In this document: positions 24,501 through 36,913 of the stretch, one piece after another
Position numbering within the stretch: position 1 is the first letter of the stretch
Layout: the number at the start of each line of letters is the position of its first letter
Assembly (NCBI GenBank): GCA_051942245.1
Contig: JAVECL010000050.1
Coordinates: forward strand, 1 to 64,000
DNA from: Trypethelium eluteriae
Lineage: Eukaryota
Length of the DNA stretch: 64,000 nucleotides
Direction of reading: 5' to 3'
Notes under the pieces: model-generated
Told to the model about the DNA's origin: nothing
Databases searched by the model: none
The model's input: only the letters and a program-made list of their open reading frames with translations
Translations under genes and position numbers: made by a program

Positions 24501-26598
24501 AATGCGGCGGTGGCTGTTGGAAGGAAGCGGCGTGGAGGCTGTGGAGAATAGGATGACTCAGGAGGAAACAGGGTTTAACCCGTTATCCGGAAAAGAGAGC
24601 CTCCTAACCTTGGTGAGAATTAATCTGCTGTGGCTGGAGTATTAGAAGGTCGCTCGCTAGGACTTGCTTACAGAGATTCCTGGTGACTCTGAAGGGAAAA
24701 GTCTTGGGGAGTGTCCCTCAATCAACCAAGTACAAGAGAAACTAATTCTTGACAGGCTAGATCGCAGAACCATCGAGATCTTGAGCATTGATATTGCGTT
24801 GCTGGCCGGAAGCAATCATCTCCGAACAACGGCTTAGCTGGGAAGAGGAGGGCGCATGTACTTCTCTTCAATCCCGTGCGAGACGCGTCTTCACGTGACC
24901 CTACGCAGGCAAAGCTGACAGCCTTATTACACCCACCTTGCACATACTACTGCCTTACTTACCTTTCCTCTCGATTCACTGCCGCTGCGATATCTTTCAT
25001 GTGATACGCTGCTCTCCTTGTGTTCCTTATTTGATCTGAAATCTACGGAGTATCCCTGATCAAGCTAGCCAGGTAGGGTTCGAAGCTGCACTACCGAAAG
25101 TCACGATTCTATTTTCTAAGTCTTCGAGTTGAATCCGAGAGCCAACAAGTTCCTACAGTCAGATTTGAGACTTGGGGTTTTGAAGACTCTCTGCTCAACC
25201 ACGACCCATACGATATCGTACCTCCTACAGCTCGTTGATTCAGTTCTCAGCCAAGAGGTACGGGTGCCCTCAAATCGCAGATCGAGAAGACTACGTCGAA
25301 TGACAAGCAATGAGCATTCTTAATCTAAGTGCGCCAGAGTCTCCTTACACAAGACCAGCAGAGGTGTGTCCATGAGCGGACCTATCGATCCTGCTTTTTA
25401 TCGACCGCTAGCGAAACGATCCTGTCTTGAAATCCTACGGCGGGTTCTAGCGAGCGTCTACGCCTGATATGGCGGTATTCCGTATGATACTGAATCAACT
25501 ACAAGATGTTAAGAAGTTGGGGATCAGTTAGCATCCTGAGATTCACAAACTACGCCCTATACTAGCGAAGCCGCTGCTGCTGAGGAAAGTCTTTAAAAGT
25601 ACGCTTCTGGGAGCTTCTCCTTCAGCTGGCCTCCGTTTAATGTGATTATAACACATTAGTGAGATAGGGCGAACTATGCACAAGAAGCTCGACCGCTAGT
25701 CTGAACATCTGCGAACCCTAGGGCTCTACGAGGCAGCTTGACTTGAGCCTCAGGTCTTCGGAGCCTCTACTCCGTATTTGGCACGATTTCGAACAAAACA
25801 GAAAGCAGGATAAGAATCAAGCTACTGCAGCAATGAAATGGCTATTCTGAACTCAGAATGCCCGTGAGCGTAGCACTTTCCTAGCGCAGAAGAAACTACA
25901 GGTGTAGGAGGAGGAGCTTGTCCGTCTGGATTAAAGAGCTCTTGTCAACAGACACACCCAGCCGGCCGAAGTTGCCTGCTCGTGCTCATCGGCTAGACTA
26001 TGCGTTCTCGTCGGAGAGGGCTCGGGGTAACCCTAAGATGGTATATCTATAGAGCGAGCTCTATCTCACGGTTTATGGTTCAAATAATATGCTACGCATG
26101 GACATTCCTGCGGACACTTGGACCCTGTGAATAGGGGCAAATATAACATCTGAAATCTATGGTGGTTTTCAAGCAAGTCCGAAAATAGATACTCAAGGGA
26201 ATAGTCTCCAAGGCCAGTAAAGTATGCAGTGATCATCAGTTCGAAGCGGCAAAGTCAAATGGTTAGGACCGACAGACTCCGCCAGCATCTTGGCCGTCGT
26301 ATAGTATGTATCTTTGTTCTAACAAAGGAGAACTGCGTTCTGGGGGAAATTGAAGGGTGATGTGTCCTTGTGAGAGATGCGACCGTATTGCAACGCGTCC
26401 GAGAGGCCCCGGGAGAAAATATACATTGAAAAGACGCGTTGTTTTCGGCTCCTACATCCGTTGCTCCTTCTTCACCGCTCTCTCCGATGTCATCAATGGT
26501 TGGTAAGGGCGCTGCAGCCTGATTCGACGCGATCGTGGTGAGGTTCTCTTTGTTCGTTTCGCATGTTTACACACTGGAATCGGACTGTTTCCATGACC

Positions 26599-26862
26599 CT
26601 ATTTTTCTTTTTTCCCTCCAGTTTGTCCTTGATTTGCCGTTTGTATCTGATGGGCCGGTTGCGCTCCTGATTGTTCCCATGGAAGAGGCGGTGCTTCAGC
26701 TATGTATTTTTTGACCTTCTCTGTCTGTGATTTCTTGTCTTGCTCTAAGGGGTCGTAAGCTAGAGGCGCGTGAAGCCTGATAGAGACCTTACTCGACGGC
26801 TTTGCCATAAATAAGCGGATGGTAGAGTGATTTGCCTTGTCCATGGGGACCGGGGGTGACAT
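26599..26862 (-). CDS. Possible small orphan protein (87 aa, or 71 aa if an in-frame 48-nt intron is spliced)
   Basis: ATG-initiated ORF containing an in-frame GTAAGG...CTTAC...TAG intron-like segment; hydrophilic K/Q-rich product; no recognisable family. Confidence 0.3.
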   Translation of the reverse strand: MSPPVPMDKANHSTIRLFMAKPSSKVSIRLHAPLAYDPLEQDKKSQTEKVKKYIAEAPPLPWEQSGAQPAHQIQTANQGQTGGKKEK

Positions 26863-27884
26863 GTAGTAGGCAATATAGACGTGATTGGGGAAGCACGGAA
26901 GAAAGACCTATGAGTATTGCGAAATCAAAATGTTGGTTGGACTGGATGACAACAACAAGGGGTCGATATCCTGATAGGTTTAGGTGAAACCGAAAGGACT
27001 CTGTTGAGCAAAGCAGCGGGCCCACACCTCTCTGTCATCTGGACAGTGCCAGAAGGGAAAGGGGCTAACCGTGACAAGCACAGAAAACGGCGAGGTGAGC
27101 CATTTATTAATGATCTGCAGTTCGGGACCCCTTCATCCAGCGTTCCATGGATAATTCTGCTATCTTTCTGTGACCCCTCGTTCGCCATTTACACAGCGCT
27201 TGCCCCATGTCACCGGCTTCCCTAGGAGAGATCAGCTAGCTATTGGATCTTAAGTGTTCTACGGGTATGTATGCGGAGTCCAGGTCTATCTAAAGCTCTA
27301 AGCGAGCCCAAATTGGTGCTCGTATGCTTGCCTGTTCCCCGAAATTCAAACGAGAGTGGATACTGAGCGAGAGGGGGGTGGAAGCCATTCAAAGACGCGA
27401 GCACGAATCGAATGGACGGCGAGGGAAGTGTAGGGAAGTTTTGAAACATACTCGCGTTTAGTCTGAGCGCACAAAGGCCGAAATTGCTATTGCACACGAT
27501 CAAAAATACCGTCGTGGTTACATATTCCCCCTGTTGGACTAGTGCAAGCTCGTTTCAGCGGAGCCATTCTAAATATGGATGGTAAGGTTCTGAATCAAAT
27601 CGAGATCGATGTAAATAACACTTTTCACATTCACATGCGAGCTTCGGTGGACACACAGAAGAATCTGGCGCGCACAGAGCCGCACTTGGACAATCTAAGC
27701 TACCTTAGTCATCAGAACAATTCATACACTCGTAAAGTGAAAATAAAGGAAAAAAAAGAACGACGGTGTTCAATTCGAAAACTATGTCAGTGCGTAGTCT
27801 CACATGCAATCAAAGTAATAGGTAGAGGCTGGTCCTCCAGCCTCCCCAATATCATCAACAGGGTATGCAGAGACGGTCCACAAC

Positions 27885-28914
27885 TTATGCAGTAGCTGTT
27901 CCATTCCCGCTTGGTAGGCTCGCAGCGACGAACACCACGGCTAATGCGGCATACCTAAGTAGGCAAGACATTCTGTCAGTAATTACGAGTCGAAAGCAAG
28001 CCGGTCGATTAGAACTTACGTGGTGACGCTCGAAAATATCTCTCCGCCTTGAGGCCGAGAAAAGTAGCCTAAGCAAATTGAATATATTATGCAAAAGCAT
28101 GCGAGCAGTCCTAAACGCTTCGGGGTCGAATTCACGGAGTAAAGAATCGCAATGCTACTACAGAGAATCAAGGATGGTATCGAGGTGGCGAATACGCTTG
28201 CAATTCTGACCATGCTGCCATTATAGGCAATGACGTTGTCCTGGGATGCCATTTGTTTAATTTTCAAACGGGGAAAACGCTCGACGATTTGTCGGTGAAA
28301 GAAACTAGTGAAGGAATCGACGATCCAATTAAGGAAAGGCCCAGCATCTGCACGAGCCATCCCGACAGCCAAGTCTTCGGCAAAAGATTCAGGATTCTCC
28401 ATGGTGCCATACGCCGCTGCATCTCGCCCTTGCAAGCTGACATCATTCCCGTCCTGATGAACAAGCCATTCCTGGAGAAATCTGCGGTCACAGTCCAGGG
28501 GCTGTGGGATTGCTGTGACAGCCTTGTGCTTGAGCAACAGATCATCTATCATCCTGAGTTAGACCGGGTCACAGATGGTTTAAGCTAATCTTAAAGCTTG
28601 ATCTTACAGTATTCCGATAGTGCAGCTCGGATTTTGCCGACTAGATATCGCTGCATTCCTTGTCCTTCACCATGCAAGCCTTCTAGATATGTCCAGTCCA
28701 TGGCATAACGCCTTCTATTGTCATCCTGCGAAACGCTATCGGCCTTTTCGAGCTCATGTAAGTACGATTCTAGATAGGTGATCCTAGCCTGATCATATAG
28801 CAATATACGATGCGCCAGGCTGGAAAATTTTCGATAGCAGGCTACGTGAGGAAATTTTCCAAAAAGAACTGAAAGTTTTGGGTATCCTTTCACATTATCG
28901 GGCAGCTTCTCCAT
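27885..28914 (-). CDS. DUF6594-like protein with C-terminal transmembrane helices, 3 exons, 300 aa
   Basis: Exons 28914-28608, 28545-28020, 27954-27885 in frame; N-terminal GYPKLS..F..FP.VACYRKFSSLAHRILLYDQARITYLE..L.ELEK.D; hydrophobic C-terminus ending T..YAALAVVFV. Confidence 0.82.
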
Positions 28915-30628
28915 GATCTTTACAAAGACGACGCAGCGCGAGTCATGAAATGAAAAGGCTGTAGAACTACAGGACGGGATGGGGCAAGGGGGAATTTAGG
29001 CCAGCCATGGCAGAGACGCTCTTTTATGCCGTATGATTTTAGCCATGACAAGGCTGCTCACGATTGCACAAGTCGACCGAGGGTAGCCAGGCTGGCGCAG
29101 CTCTTCCAGGGCTCCGTAACCAGGACCCCAGGACAATTTCTCCAATTGTCAGCAGGCATACGCCTGTCAGCCCTGGAGAGTCAGAATTCAGCCTTGATAG
29201 ACCGGGGTTGTATGGAGCCGTGTGGTTGGATACTCTTCCCCAAAGTGGGATCTAGCAAACAGCATATCACAAATGCAAAAGCGGCCAACCAAACAGATGA
29301 GTAAAGATAATTCTTCAGTCCACCAACTGCAAGAATGGAAGCGCTGTATATGGTCCATCGAAGCGCTACGATCGTCCCTCAAATTAGCCACCGTGGATCG
29401 CAGCTCGTGTCTAGCGTCTTTCTCATAGGGAATCGAGTCCAGCAGACATAAAGTGGCAGTGGTGATGGCTCAGGCTGCTAAAATTGCATGAGGCTGAAGA
29501 GTCTGCAGATATGCCGGGCGTCTGATGTATGCAGCTGTGCGGCGTTAATCCCTACTGTCGTCCACACACAAGATGTGTGAGTCAAGATCCCACTTAATAA
29601 AATGCCTTTGTACATTTTAGACATCGAAAGCGAAGCTGGGGTCGTTTGTTGCCTTCTGTCGCAAAAGATGAAGTCCAGACAAGCCTTTGCAAGGGGTGAA
29701 GGGTCCTGCTGGGGGTAAGTTACTTCATTCGGAATCATGGCCGTACAATCCCACCGGCGATCTCGGAAAGCGATGGACTAGGTCACATCAGACGTAGCCT
29801 GAGCCTTAGTAAGGTAAGTCATGGAATTAACCAGGCATCGGAAACTCGCAACTTTGGTACGTCGTATCTGGACTTCGAAGTACCTTGTCCAAGCCTCGAG
29901 CTGATAACACCTCGACGATAGCTTGGTATGACGTCCGTTGATCATGCTCACGACAAGCAGTGGACACCATTCAGTTACAGGGACTATCTGCAAGAATGAC
30001 CTACGCAGCAATGTATGGGACCGGCCCATAGTCCTTGCGAATCGCACGATCCTCTGAATGAGTGTAATGCAATTATGGGCCAACTGCTTTGTGTTATGCA
30101 CGTAGGTGGGTATTCTAGAGCTCCAACGCTACCACCGGTCGTGACAGTTCTGACCTCCCTCTCATCACACACCACTATACAGACATTCGTGGTTACAGAA
30201 AGCGGGGTTCAAGCTGCTTCGGCTTGCGATCAAAAGTCGAGGTTAAAGCAGAGCAAAGCTCTTGAAGTGCGTGCTACTAGTCAGCGGAGCTTCAGAGCTA
30301 CCTAGGTAGGTACAACGTTGAGCTTGGCACCGATGCGCGTGGGGTGGTAAGAGGTAATACTCCATCGATCTTATTTTTTCAGCTCATTCACTTTCACCCC
30401 GAGTACTCATACAAATGAGACAACATAAATATGCTGAAAAACTTGAGTTCTTACGACACTCAAATCCACGTCCACTTGAGCCATCCCAAGGTCGGAGTTA
30501 AGCTTCATTAGCGCATCATCAATGGAAGTACTCCTATGATCTGTTTACAAGAGCCGATCAACTGAGTACAGTACTCGTAAAGGATAGACCAAGCAGGCCA
30601 GCAGCATGTAACGTGCATTCAACATCCC

Positions 30629-31149
30629 TCACCAGGGAAGTGGATTTGGAGTGTTTGGCCCATTATTCAGTTCTACCACCACGTTCCCTTTATGCCCTAG
30701 CGTATTGAAGTGCTGCAAGACGCCGCCGTAGGGGCATTGCCCGACCAAATTGGTGAGATCTGACGTGATGTCACTATTTAATGCATTAGTCCCATTTTAT
30801 TTCTCAGATCCGGGGTCCCTTTCTCGCTGGTTCCTAAAGTTTAGGGAGCGGGTATAGCTGTATGTACTTACCTGCAGCTTGGACGTTTACCACGATTATC
30901 GTACCTTGATGTCTCGTAAGTGGCGGTATATACGTCCACATTGCCCTCGACGTCGAGGGGGCCGCTAAATTCACTGCAAGCCCCTCCAAAGGCCGAGGCG
31001 ATGTCATCACTGTCCCCATCACCAGGCTTCTTGAGCGGATTCGCCTTTCCATTGTTGTCGGTAAAGCATGATGCCGGCGGAGCAGAGTAAATGGCTGCGG
31101 CAGGAAGAACCAGGAAGAGAAAGGGGAGGACAGCTTGCAGGAGAGGCAT
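30629..31149 (-). CDS. Small secreted protein (140 aa, 4 Cys), effector candidate, 2 exons
   Basis: Signal-peptide-like MPLLQAVLPFLFLVLPAAA; intron 30871-30774 (GTAAGT...ACTAAT...TAG); exon 2 DITSDLTNLVGQCPYGGVLQHF...PNPLPW*. Confidence 0.78.
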
Positions 31150-32399
31150 AGCTGACGATAGGCGATGGAAGTGCGAAAGAGAAGTACCAATCTGCTCGTA
31201 AATTGTAAAGCTAGTTTGTTGGACTATCTTGATTTACTCGTCTTTCAAGGCGAAGTGACGATTTGAGCTGAGAAAGCGGGATGAAGGTAGTTCACGTAGA
31301 AGTGAAAGCCGATGCACAAGGTATGTGATACGTGTCTCTACGCTGTGATCAAATATGCGTACAAGGTCAAGGGTGTCAGTTATAAGTCTGATTCCTCGTA
31401 ACCGGTTGGGCTTTCCTCATGAGGAGGGCCTTACAGACGCCGTAGAGATGCCCAATGTTGGCCACAGCGTTGAAGTAGGGCATGAGGAAGGACTGTCATA
31501 TCCATCCCTTTCCTATTTTTTCGGAAAATACAACAAAGTGTTCGTCGTACAAAGGTCTTCGATGCGACAGCAGGTGATTTTCCGATGAGGGTGGAATGGA
31601 GATAGACGCTGACAATGAAGCAATTTGGCTTGTACTTACTGTTTGCTTGCTGTCATTTCAGTGCTTCATCTGTCCCTGTCCTATCTTTTCGTACGTGTCC
31701 AACGGAATGTGGCAACGGAAAATACAATGTAGATTCATGCTGATGCTAAATCTCTTCGCGCGGTCTGGCTAGAGCAGGAGCAGCTGCAGACAAATCCTCG
31801 ACCGAGCAGCGCTATGACATACATAATAGACAGCTTTCGAGACCATTGAGAGCAAATACTAACAGATATAGACCGGCGGCGAAGCTTTGAACCCTGTGTC
31901 GGCCAGGCATCTCGCAGGGGAATTGATAGCGCTGTTTGTACGTTAGTATCTGTCGAATGTACAGTGACACAAGAGATGTCACCGCGGATCTCGCTGTATT
32001 TCCATCCTTGTGTTCATTGTTATCAAGTTCACCGTTCTAATCATATGACAAAAGTACATACGTGTTCGCGTGTCGCCAAGCATATCGAAGAAGCTCTCGG
32101 CCGAGGGCGAACACGATACATGAGTTTCGTCGGCGGTGCTGGTGCCCTATACCTGCCTTAAAGTACCTTAGGTGGTAATTGGCAAATTCCCGATGCCTCG
32201 GCCTCGGCGTGCCCGGATCGCAGCTCAGTACTCCATACCTAATGCTGGAGCGGAAGAATGATCGTTCCGAGGTCGGTCAGCAGACTTCGCGTCAGCGCCC
32301 CGTCGTGCTGTATGTTAATGTATACCTCTACCATCGCGTCCAGATCCTTGACCTTCAATTCGCCGATTTGAAGCTCCTACAGTTCTCTTGACGCGTCAA

Positions 32400-34167
32400 A
32401 TGAGTGGCCTCCGACTTGGGCAAACAAAGAATGGCCGACCATTACTCAAAACGGTAAATGGGAAGCCACACGCCCGAGCGGAGGATCACGAAGACTATCC
32501 TTTGCCCCATGCAAAGCGCCGGTGCCGAGAGAAGGCGAATGGAGTGCCGAACGCGCCTTCCCAGCTAGGTGGAACGCAGAATACACCTGATTCCAGCCGC
32601 AGGACTGAAAGATTCTCCGCCTCGCCTATAAGTTCAGACTCGGACAACGCACATTCTGCACAGACATCGCCGGAGATTGAAGAGCAGGACGCTGAAGTCA
32701 AGAGCAAATGGAAGGCTCCAAAGCCTCGATATTTCAGCGGTCAAGGCGCCGGCAGACAAAGCAAACGTGGCTCAATGGGAAGAGCATTGCTTACCAATGG
32801 CCGGTACTCTGACGACGATCCTGCTGGCTTTCACAGTAGTTCTTGGAACAAGCCAGCGTCGAGGAAAAGGGTGTATGGGGGGAAAAACCGGGCAATGACC
32901 AAAAATGTCCACGTAGAAACGAGGCTGGATGCTGAGGAAAAGAGAGCTACCCAAGAGAAAGGCTTTCGTTTTCCTCCATCTGTTCAGCTATCACATTTGG
33001 AACGCAAATCAGATCTGGTACCGAGCGCGCCACAAGAAGACATCAGACTGGCTGAAGATGAGAGCTCCGATTCGTCATCCGAAGGCGAATCTGAGCTTTC
33101 GACCGACCGAGCATATAGGGAGGCCAGGGGCCCTTCTAAAATTAAAAAACGCTCAAAAGGAGCCCCGCTGGAGAAGGATCAGATTGTGGATAATGGCTTC
33201 AAAACTCCATTAAACTTCGTAGCCAACGATCCAAGATCCTCTCTGGGTTCTACCAAAGAGTTCAAAAATCCGAACAAGACTTCTATTCAGGGCTCGGATT
33301 CCCCGTTGAGCTCACCTCCTGGTTCTAGTATACTCGAGTACGCCGAGGATTCGCTCGATTTCCCAGTAACTTCATCTCAAATCAGTCATGACTCCCCTTA
33401 CGCTGTCTGCCCTGTATGCGATGAGCCTGTGGATCGTTCGTTCCTAGATGAGTTTGCCAATTATGCTTCCCGCATGAGCATCCATAGACAGGCTCTCTTC
33501 TGTCACGCACATAAGCGACGAAGCGCAATGGAAGAATATCGAATTGCCGGATACCCGGAGATTGACTGGAACACTCTACCTGGACGCTTACAGCTTCATC
33601 ACGAGCACATTAACAATGTATTGGATAGGAAAGAGGATAGTTGGTATCGTAAACGGCTTGAAGAATGGGCGAAAAGCGGGAAACAAAGGACTCTGCGTCA
33701 GACAGCGATAGCCACGAATGACGAATCGTCTCTGCACAAGTTCGTCCCTGGGTATTATGGCACGAAGGGTGCTAGACTCATGTGAGTGTTATCTCATCTT
33801 CGCGGGGATCTTTGAAATATGTATCTGCGAAGGGATTGGGTACTACTGCTGCGACGAGTGTTGACCTGGTCCGTTTAGGATAGAGTCAATCATCAATCAC
33901 TTTTCGGACAAAATTCGACGTCTTGCAGCTTCAGACGATTTGCTTTCCCTTGGTGGTGGTGGCGTCACGGGTTACGTCCAATCAGTACTTGTTCCAGAAC
34001 TTGCTGTCGGTCTCATCAAGGAAGACTTGTATATAGATGATGAGGAAGCGAGAAAGGTACTCTCCGAGAGTACGAAGATAGGCCGACTGGTCAACGAGGA
34101 AGAGGAAGAAAGAGTGGCGATCACTGATGATATGTTGTTTCATAATACTTCAGGAGACCAGAATTGA
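32400..34167 (+). CDS. RTC4: RTC4-like domain protein (restriction of telomere capping 4), 2 exons
   Basis: Disordered N-terminus, then CPVCDEPV...FCHAH...GYPEIDW...PGYYGTKG; intron 33782-33878; GGVTGYVQSVLVPELAVGLIKED...AR..LSES..IG. Confidence 0.82.
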
Positions 34168-34517
34168 GGATGAAACTGAGCTAGGAAAATGTATTTTGCT
34201 TGAGAAGGATACCTGGGGCAATTTCCGGGGATTTTCGCCAGGACTGGCTCGATATGTCAACGTGAATATATTAGCTTCCACATTGGTAGCACACGGACAT
34301 GTCAGGCTTCTCCTCTGGCTGAAGTAGGTGTGAAGTCAATCGGCGACACGTCAGAATTCCCGGCTAACAAGATAGACTGCGTCCAAAATAACTAACGATG
34401 CCTATTTGGGACGGTATATGTCGTGTCGCAATCCGTTGAAACGACAACAGTTAATGTTTGCTTGCGGTTTCTACCTGAAATGATCCTACTCATTTCCTGC
34501 AGACTGCATGCTTGCGC

Positions 34518-35005
34518 TCAACTCACGTTGACATTGTTCCTCCATGCCATGCCGAAGTTATACAGCCCGAAGGCAGCCAACACGCTCAATCCAATCGGCA
34601 GCGGCTTCTGAGTCCTGATCGCGCGGGGAAACGAGGAGCCGGCGAGTATAAGGGAGGCGAGCAGTGCAAGCTCAACACCGTAGGGCTGCTTATTCTGCAT
34701 TCGGTAGCCGCCTAGAGCATACTGTGTGGAAGTCCGTGTCAGCCGGCAATGATTGAAGAGTCGGTGATGGGAAGAGCAGTATCAAAGGAAAATGGTCAAT
34801 CATGCCCGGAAGAGATGATATCATACCAGAGCGCCGACAGTGCAACCTGCAGTTATGGAAGGGACAGAGCCCGTCCTGACGTAGCCCATGGTCCCTCCAC
34901 CAGCTGTAAGGCCGGCAAGGATGTAAGCGATCTGTGAAAGTGCCTAGAAGCCATTCTTGTAAGTGGAATCCCGGAAAGTAGTACGAATTGGCTTCAATTC
35001 ACCAT
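34518..35005 (-). CDS. TMEM14 (UPF0136) small membrane protein, 3 exons
   Basis: ATG-only exon 35005-35003, exon 34943-34827 (ALSQIAYILAGLTAGGGTMGYVRTGSVPSITAGCTVGAL), exon 34721-34518 (YALGGYRMQNKQPYGVELALLAS...). Confidence 0.88.
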
Positions 35006-35076
35006 GGTGATCGTGGTATAGCTTCAAAACGCTGGATCTAAAATGCCCTCTAGAACTTGGTAGGCACAGGATGGAT

Positions 35077-35114
35077 TAGGTAGGTAGGTAGGTAGGGTAA
35101 GGTAGGTAGGTAAG
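35077..35114. repeat. (TAGG)n microsatellite in the divergent intergenic region
   Basis: TAGG x5 followed by degenerate copies. Confidence 0.85.
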
Positions 35115-35385
35115 CTTCCAGAGTAAACCACGGGACGGGGCGCCGTTACATACCTCTATGTCATCCGTACCGCGGAGGGCTCATCGCCGGAACCCGAGGG
35201 CGCCTGGAGTGCAGGGTTACCAGCGGGCGGAGGACGGAATGACCCGCTGCAGCGGAATCTCTCCAGGTCGATGTCAATGGTGTCAAACCTAATTACGTCG
35301 CGATCATTAGATAAGATATGGACAACGCAAGCTGCCATACTCAACATGTGTCGCAAGAGTCCTGATTGTCTTCGGATGGGCCCCA

Positions 35386-36568
35386 ATGGCTCCGAGAATT
35401 GACGACCGGTGGCTATGGTTTGGCTTTGGTATGCATGCGTCCTTGTCTAATTGATCTCTCCGTTACCATCCGGACTCATCTTTGAGTAGGAAGTGCTGTA
35501 GACTGACCATTTTACCTGACAGGAGCTTTCCTGTTCTTTGCGGTGAAGGGTATTAGCCGTGCTCTCATTGACATTGTCGATCTCACTACTATCGCTGAGG
35601 AGCCGGAGCCAGTACAGGATCCTGTCCAAGTTCAAGAAAACTGTCAGTACTCTTCATTCTTCTGCCTGTCTATTTTTCGATCTTATCTATTCACTGACAA
35701 TCCCTCATCTGCAGCAATCTCACTGACCTCGCTCGAGACGCTCGCACACCACCCCTCCGACGACATCCGCCGCGCCAGCGCCCGCATCCTTCTCAAACGC
35801 TTCCTCTCCCATCCTTCCGCCCCGGCGCTCTTTCTTAGCGACCTTGACTCCTTGGATCCATCAACACGCCTTTCTGCGCAGGTCACCGCAGACTTTATTC
35901 GCGAGTATGGCTTCCACATTCCTGGCTCAAGGAGCATCCCCGCCCGTCAGAGTACTCTGCGGGATGTGCACCACCTGCCTCCTGTAGTTACAGAGGCCGA
36001 ATCAGTTTTTGGCGAGTCATCAGATGAGGAGCAAGAGGAACACGGGGCACGCACGAGAGGCTTCACAACCACGCTGCCTACAGGCCTCCCTCCCACTGCG
36101 CACGAAAGCATCATCTCGATGCGTAGACGCCGACGCCGACACTCGTCGGCCCCATTGCGGTCCTGGTCTGAGGATCATGCCAATACGCCGTCTGATTCTC
36201 ATGCGGCAGGTTCTGGCGCGAACTCATGGGCGCGAGGCCAGTGGGAGGAAGAGAGTCCTGAGGAGACCGAGCTCCGCAGACGCAGACACCGCGAGGCGAT
36301 GGTGCTGCATGAGGGTGGAGGTTCGCTAAGCGAAGACGATATCATTCAGGGACCGACGGCCAGGGAAGTTTCACGGGTTGGAAGGGCCCATGGTGTCTCT
36401 GCGGCGAGAGCGGGAGAGGGATTCGGGGATGGGGTTCTGGAACCCGACAACGTTGAGAGAAACGTAGAGCCAATCGCTGATGCAAGAGCAGAGGCAGAGG
36501 CCGCTGAAGTACTGGGTGGTATCAATGATGGGGCATGGAGAGGCGATGAAGAGGATGAACAAAATTAA
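35386..36568 (+). CDS. Hypothetical protein with N-terminal hydrophobic anchor and acidic disordered tail, probably 3 exons
   Basis: ATG 35386 MAPRIDDRWLWFGFGAFLFFAVKGISR; introns 35429-35522 and 35643-35714; helical segment SLETLAHHPSDDIRRASARILLKRF; motif RRRRHREAMVLHEG...DDII. Confidence 0.72.
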
Positions 36569-36913
36569 AGAGATGATAGTGATATGGCGGTTGGTGGGGC
36601 TGAACTCAGTGATGCAGGAGAGAACTAAGAACGTGGATCCGAGATCCTCTCCTAAGCTTTTCTATCGTTTATCTATATTTGCACTGGGTGCGGAGTCTGA
36701 TGCTTCATTGCATGTGATACCCGGTCAGTAGGAAATTTGATTTATCTAGCCTCTTTAAACGTTCGCAAAATCATTGACACAAGTCGCTCCCAACCAGTGC
36801 ATGCATGTACGTATAAGCTGAGATATTACCAAGACACTAAAGCTCTGCCAAAACTTTCTTATGAAAGAGATCCGAGAACGTCCATCTGAACTTACATCAG
36901 GTACCCACTCCAA

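Noticed and set aside
29026..30305. Multiple 60-107 aa ORFs between the DUF6594-like gene and the secreted protein
   Set aside because: No family motifs, no consistent strand and no splice model; treated as intergenic.
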